The position numbers and the translations under genes were made by a program. Below the pieces are notes generated by a model. It ran no database searches. It was not told the origin of the DNA and saw nothing but the letters and a program-made list of their open reading frames with translations. A stretch of DNA of 64,000 nt from Actinomycetes bacterium (lineage in GTDB: Bacteria > Actinomycetota > Actinomycetes > S36-B12): contig OZ257127.1 of NCBI GenBank assembly GCA_965278965.1, positions 2,221,368-2,285,367 of the forward strand, in the 5' to 3' direction. This document shows positions 60,724 to 64,000 of the stretch, piece after piece; within the stretch, counting starts at the first letter, position 1, and every line of letters starts with the position of its first letter.

Positions 60724-61935
60724 GTGAGGTCCGTAGACGAGCACCGCGACGCGATCCTCGCCCGGGTCCGTCCTCTCTCCCCGATCGAGCTCCCGCTCGC
60801 GAGCGCCCACGGGTGCGTGCTCGCCGCCGACGTGACCGCACCCTGGCCGCTCCCGTCGTTCGACAACTCCGCGATGGACGGGTACGCGGTGCGGTCGGAG
60901 GACGTCGCCTCCGCCAGCGCGGCATCGCCGGTCGAGCTGGCGGTGATCGACGACGTCCCTGCGGGGTTCCGCTCCGTCGAGACGGTCCGGCCTGGCACTG
61001 CCATCCGGATCATGACGGGGGCGCCGGTCCCGGCGGGCGCCGACACGATCGTGCCGGTCGAGTCAACCGACGGCGGCGCGGAGACGGTCGTCGTGACCGA
61101 GGCCCGATCGGCGGGCGCGCACATCCGCCGGGCCGCCGAGGACGTCGTCGCGGGCGAGGTCGTGCTCACCGCCGGATCGCCGATCGGTGCCCGGCAGGTT
61201 GCGATCCTCGCCGCCGTCGGCTGCGGCCACGTCTTCGTCCACCCGCGACCCCGCATTGCCGTCATCTCGACCGGCGCCGAGCTCGTCGAGCCCGGCACGC
61301 CGCTCCGGCACGGGTTGGTGAGCGACTCGAACGGCTACATGCTCGTCGCTGCGTGCCGGGAGGCCGGGGCGGACGCGTACCGGGTCGGCCCGATCGCCGA
61401 CGACGACACCAAGTTCCTCGACGCCGTCGAGGACCAGCTGCACCGCTGCGACCTCATCGTCACCAGCGGCGGCGTGAGCATGGGCGTGCATGACACCGTC
61501 AAGGCCGTCCTGTCGCGGCTGGGCAGCGTGGAGTTCTCGAAGGTCGCGATGAACCCCGGGATGCCCCAGGGGTTCGGCGTCGTGGGAGCGGACGAGGTCC
61601 CGATCGTCACGCTGCCGGGCAACCCGGTGAGCAGCTACGTGTCGTTCGAGGTCTTCGTGCGGCCCGCGATCAGGACGATGCGCGGGCTCGCGGACGTCGA
61701 CCGGCCCCGCACCCGTGTCCCGAGCGCCGCCGCGTTCACCTCGCCTGCCGGCAAGCGCCAGTTCGCCCGTGCCCGGTACCTCGCCTCCGGTGCGGTGGTG
61801 CCAGTCGGCCACGGCCAGGGCTCGCACGTCATGGGCGGGCTGGCGGCCGCCGAGGCGCTCGTCGTCATCGACGAGGACGTCACCGCCGTGTCTGTGGGCG
61901 ACCTCGTGACGGTCATCGACCTACGCGTGCCGTAG
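60724..61935 (+). CDS. moeA: Molybdopterin molybdotransferase (MoeA/Glp)
   Basis: SAMDGYAV, RIMTGAPVPAGAD, STGAEL, TSGGVSMG, LPGNPVS. Confidence 0.95.
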   Translation: MRSVDEHRDAILARVRPLSPIELPLASAHGCVLAADVTAPWPLPSFDNSAMDGYAVRSEDVASASAASPVELAVIDDVPAGFRSVETVRPGTAIRIMTGAPVPAGADTIVPVESTDGGAETVVVTEARSAGAHIRRAAEDVVAGEVVLTAGSPIGARQVAILAAVGCGHVFVHPRPRIAVISTGAELVEPGTPLRHGLVSDSNGYMLVAACREAGADAYRVGPIADDDTKFLDAVEDQLHRCDLIVTSGGVSMGVHDTVKAVLSRLGSVEFSKVAMNPGMPQGFGVVGADEVPIVTLPGNPVSSYVSFEVFVRPAIRTMRGLADVDRPRTRVPSAAAFTSPAGKRQFARARYLASGAVVPVGHGQGSHVMGGLAAAEALVVIDEDVTAVSVGDLVTVIDLRVP

Positions 61936-61971
61936 CAGGCGCCTCGGGGGGCGGGGCGCGAAGCCCCGATC

Positions 61972-61993
61972 GGACACGCGACGTTCACCCATC
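61972..61993 (+). promoter_or_regulatory. PHO-box-like 11-nt repeats upstream of the small ORF
   Basis: GGACACGCGAC then GTTCACCCATC; -10 TAGGGT at 61999. Confidence 0.45.
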
Positions 61994-62011
61994 GTGTGTA
62001 GGGTCCGAGCC

Positions 62012-62203
62012 ATGCCGAAGGATGCCGACCCGCTGGAGCGCTGGCGGCACTTCGAAGTGCGCTATGCCGAGCACGTCTCGGCGTTCCTCGGCGAGGGCGA
62101 TGCCCCGGACCTGGACAAGGACGAGATGGTCGAGCTCGCCTCGCTTCGGGCGAAGGCCGACCGGTGGCGCGACCGCTACTTCAAGGCCGGTCACGACGGC
62201 TGA
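62012..62203 (+). CDS. Small hypothetical protein (63 aa)
   Basis: TAGGGT -10 lies 7 nt before ATG 62012; helical-looking charged sequence. Confidence 0.6.
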   Translation: MPKDADPLERWRHFEVRYAEHVSAFLGEGDAPDLDKDEMVELASLRAKADRWRDRYFKAGHDG

Positions 62204-62210
62204 CCCAGCC

Positions 62211-62254
62211 GTTCGCCGCCTGTTCGCCCCCACGTCACAAGGCGTTGCCGCTGC
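62211..62254 (+). promoter_or_regulatory. PHO-box-like 11-nt repeats
   Basis: GTTCGCCGCCT / GTTCGCCCCCA / CGTCACAAGGC / GTTGCCGCTGC; TACCGT at 62271. Confidence 0.55.
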
Positions 62255-62298
62255 CGTGGTGAGCCCTCCCTACCGTCGCCTCCGAGCGTCAATCGGAG

Positions 62299-62961
62299 GT
62301 GGCCGTGCACGAGTGGATCGCCCGGGTCATGCCGCTGCCGATCCCCGCCATGGCAGAGGGGGCGCCGGCGACGGAGCTGGCGCGCTTCCGCATCCGGATC
62401 GTCTCGCCGCAGGCACGGCCCGGCGGCCGGGCTGGGGCGGGGGGTCGCGACATCACCGACGTCGGGCCCGTGCGCGTCCTCGCCCTCGACTCGGCCAACC
62501 CGAGCGGCGGCGTCGGCGGCTCGCTGTCGTCGGAGCAGGCGCGCTGGCTCGTGGGTGAGCTTGAGGTCGCGCGGGAGCGGTACGTCATCGTCGCCACGCA
62601 CGACTCGAGCCTGACGATGACCAGCGACCGTCGCGCCCCAGGCGAGCCCCCGCGGGTCCTGGGCTCCGAGCTCGCCGCGCTGCTGCTGGCGCACGACAAC
62701 GTGGTCTGCTGGATAGCCGGCTCGATGCACCATCGCGGGGGCCGCCGTCACGGTGACCCGGCCGCTGCCGGCCACGGGTTCTGGGAGCTGTCGGGCGCGA
62801 CGGAGGGTCACGACACGCCCCTCGCAGGCGGGCTGTCCCTGCTGCGGCGCGCGGACCGCCCGTCCGTCGTCCTCCAAGGGGCGCTCGCCGGCAGCCACGG
62901 ACCCCGGTGGGAGCTGCGCGACCCCCTCGTGCGCGAGCCGATCGGCCGCGCGGACCGCTGA
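62299..62961 (+). CDS. Degenerate C-terminal half of a metallophosphoesterase (TIGR03767-like)
   Basis: LDSANPSGGVGGSL..EQARWL, VATHD, NVVCWIAGSMH, GFWE. N-terminal metal-binding half absent. GGAGG RBS upstream. Confidence 0.55.
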   Translation: MAVHEWIARVMPLPIPAMAEGAPATELARFRIRIVSPQARPGGRAGAGGRDITDVGPVRVLALDSANPSGGVGGSLSSEQARWLVGELEVARERYVIVATHDSSLTMTSDRRAPGEPPRVLGSELAALLLAHDNVVCWIAGSMHHRGGRRHGDPAAAGHGFWELSGATEGHDTPLAGGLSLLRRADRPSVVLQGALAGSHGPRWELRDPLVREPIGRADR

Positions 62962-62964
62962 CGA

Positions 62965-63081
62965 GTTCACCGGCTGTTCACCTGCCGGTCGCCGTCCGTT
63001 CGCATCAACCGCACCCGGCGGTCATCGCGGCGGCACAGACTCCGCGTGCTTCGACTGCCGGACACCTTCCGTTCACCTGGC
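62965..63081 (+). promoter_or_regulatory. PHO boxes upstream of the PiT transporter
   Basis: 11-nt-period units GTTCACCGGCT (62965), GTTCACCTGCC, GGTCGCCGTCC, GTTCGCATCAA; then GGACACCTTCC (63060) and GTTCACCTGGC (63071); TAGCGT at 63102. Confidence 0.7.
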
Positions 63082-63142
63082 GACGTCGGCCGGAGCGCCG
63101 CTAGCGTTCGTGCCGGAGCCGAGTCGAGAAGGGCAGCCACGG

Positions 63143-64000
63143 GTGGATCTGCTGCTGATCAGCGTCGTCGCGGTCATCGCTATCGCGCTGGTGTTCGACT
63201 TCACCAACGGTTTCCACGACGCGGCGAACTCGGTCGCCACCGTCGTCGCCACCCGCGCCCTCCCCGCCCGATGGGCGCCGGCGTTCTCGGCGAGCTTCAA
63301 CTTCCTCGCGTACTTCGTCGTGGGGACCGCTGTGGCCAACACGATCGCGAAGACGGTCAAGACGGACTACGACGGCGTGGCCATAACCTTTGCGGCCTTG
63401 TTCGCGGCTGTCGCGTGGAACTACGCGACGTGGCGCCTGGGCATGCCGTCGTCCTCGAGCCACGCGATCATCGGCGGCCTCGTCGGCGCGGGTCTCGCCG
63501 CCGGCGGTCTCGCCGCGATCGACTGGAGCAGCGTCAGCAAGGCGGCCATCGGCATCGTGCTCTCGCCGGCGGTGGCCTTCTCGATCGCATTTGCGGCGAT
63601 GTACCTGGTCTTCGGAATCCAACGCGTCTTCCGGCTGCACGACGACCACCCGGTGTTCAAGGGACTCCAGCTCCTCTCGGCCGCCGCCGTCTCGTTCGGG
63701 CACGGCGCCAACGACGCGCAGAAGACGATGGGCGTGATCGCCGCACTCCTCCTGGGCGCCGGCTACACCGGGATGGCCGAGAACGGCAAGGACCTCATCG
63801 TCCCGGAGTGGGTTGCGCTGTCGGCCTATGCCGCGATCGCGCTCGGCACCTTGTGGGGCGGCTGGAAGATCATCGAGACGATGGGTCTGCGGATCACCAC
63901 GCTGCACGCGAGCTCCGGCACCGCGGCCAACATCGGCGCCACGACCGCCATCTTCGGCGCCACGGCCGTCGGCATGCCGATCTCGACCACGCACGCGGCC
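63143..64000 (+). CDS. Inorganic phosphate transporter, PiT family (partial, runs off window end)
   Basis: Manual translation from GTG 63143: FDFTNGFHDAANSVATVV, GMPSSSSHAIIGG, HGANDAQKTMG. Absent from the ORF track because it has no stop in the window. Confidence 0.93.
   Translation, partial: MDLLLISVVAVIAIALVFDFTNGFHDAANSVATVVATRALPARWAPAFSASFNFLAYFVVGTAVANTIAKTVKTDYDGVAITFAALFAAVAWNYATWRLGMPSSSSHAIIGGLVGAGLAAGGLAAIDWSSVSKAAIGIVLSPAVAFSIAFAAMYLVFGIQRVFRLHDDHPVFKGLQLLSAAAVSFGHGANDAQKTMGVIAALLLGAGYTGMAENGKDLIVPEWVALSAYAAIALGTLWGGWKIIETMGLRITTLHASSGTAANIGATTAIFGATAVGMPISTTHAA

Noticed and set aside
23175-61935. mobA, the MoaD-like gene and moeA as one molybdenum-cofactor cluster
   Set aside because: They are 13-24 kb apart in separate transcription units, and no moaA/C/E is present in the window.

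Overview
This 64 kb window comes from a high-GC actinomycete chromosome. The backbone is core metabolism: pyrE, fbaA, purA, purD-purB-purC-(galE)-purS-purQ-purL, purF-purM and DUF3073-amino acid dehydrogenase-bldC, in an order resembling Streptomyces. Accessory genes are interspersed: MobA/YdeP molybdoenzyme, polyamine ABC transporter, MFS pumps, secreted protease and beta-propeller, SF2 helicase, MetAP/XRE pair, SulP, PPK2, an Asp-box propeller plus ubiquitin-like pair, agmatine deiminase operon, MASE1-GGDEF-EAL, orphan PemK-like gene, a broken DUF222-HNH gene and a PiT transporter. I found no rRNA, tRNA, CRISPR array, integrase or transposase. The most notable signals are mostly non-coding. 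(1) There are several families of 55-75 nt REP-like palindromes. One family has two copies with conserved arms and an unrelated 20-nt spacer; a member of another family sits in the HNH active-site region of a DUF222 gene. (2) That DUF222 gene has a RecA-NDp (PafBC-type) DNA-damage promoter. (3) Three consecutive promoters carry PHO-box-like 11-nt repeats; the genes they precede include a catalytically degenerate phosphoesterase and a PiT transporter. (4) At least 19 genes look leaderless. The best candidate for an uncharacterised protein system is the cytoplasmic Asp-box propeller plus CysO/SAMP-like Gly-Gly protein pair. All product calls come from motif recognition by eye; no database search was run. 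Many start codons were moved relative to the ORF track.
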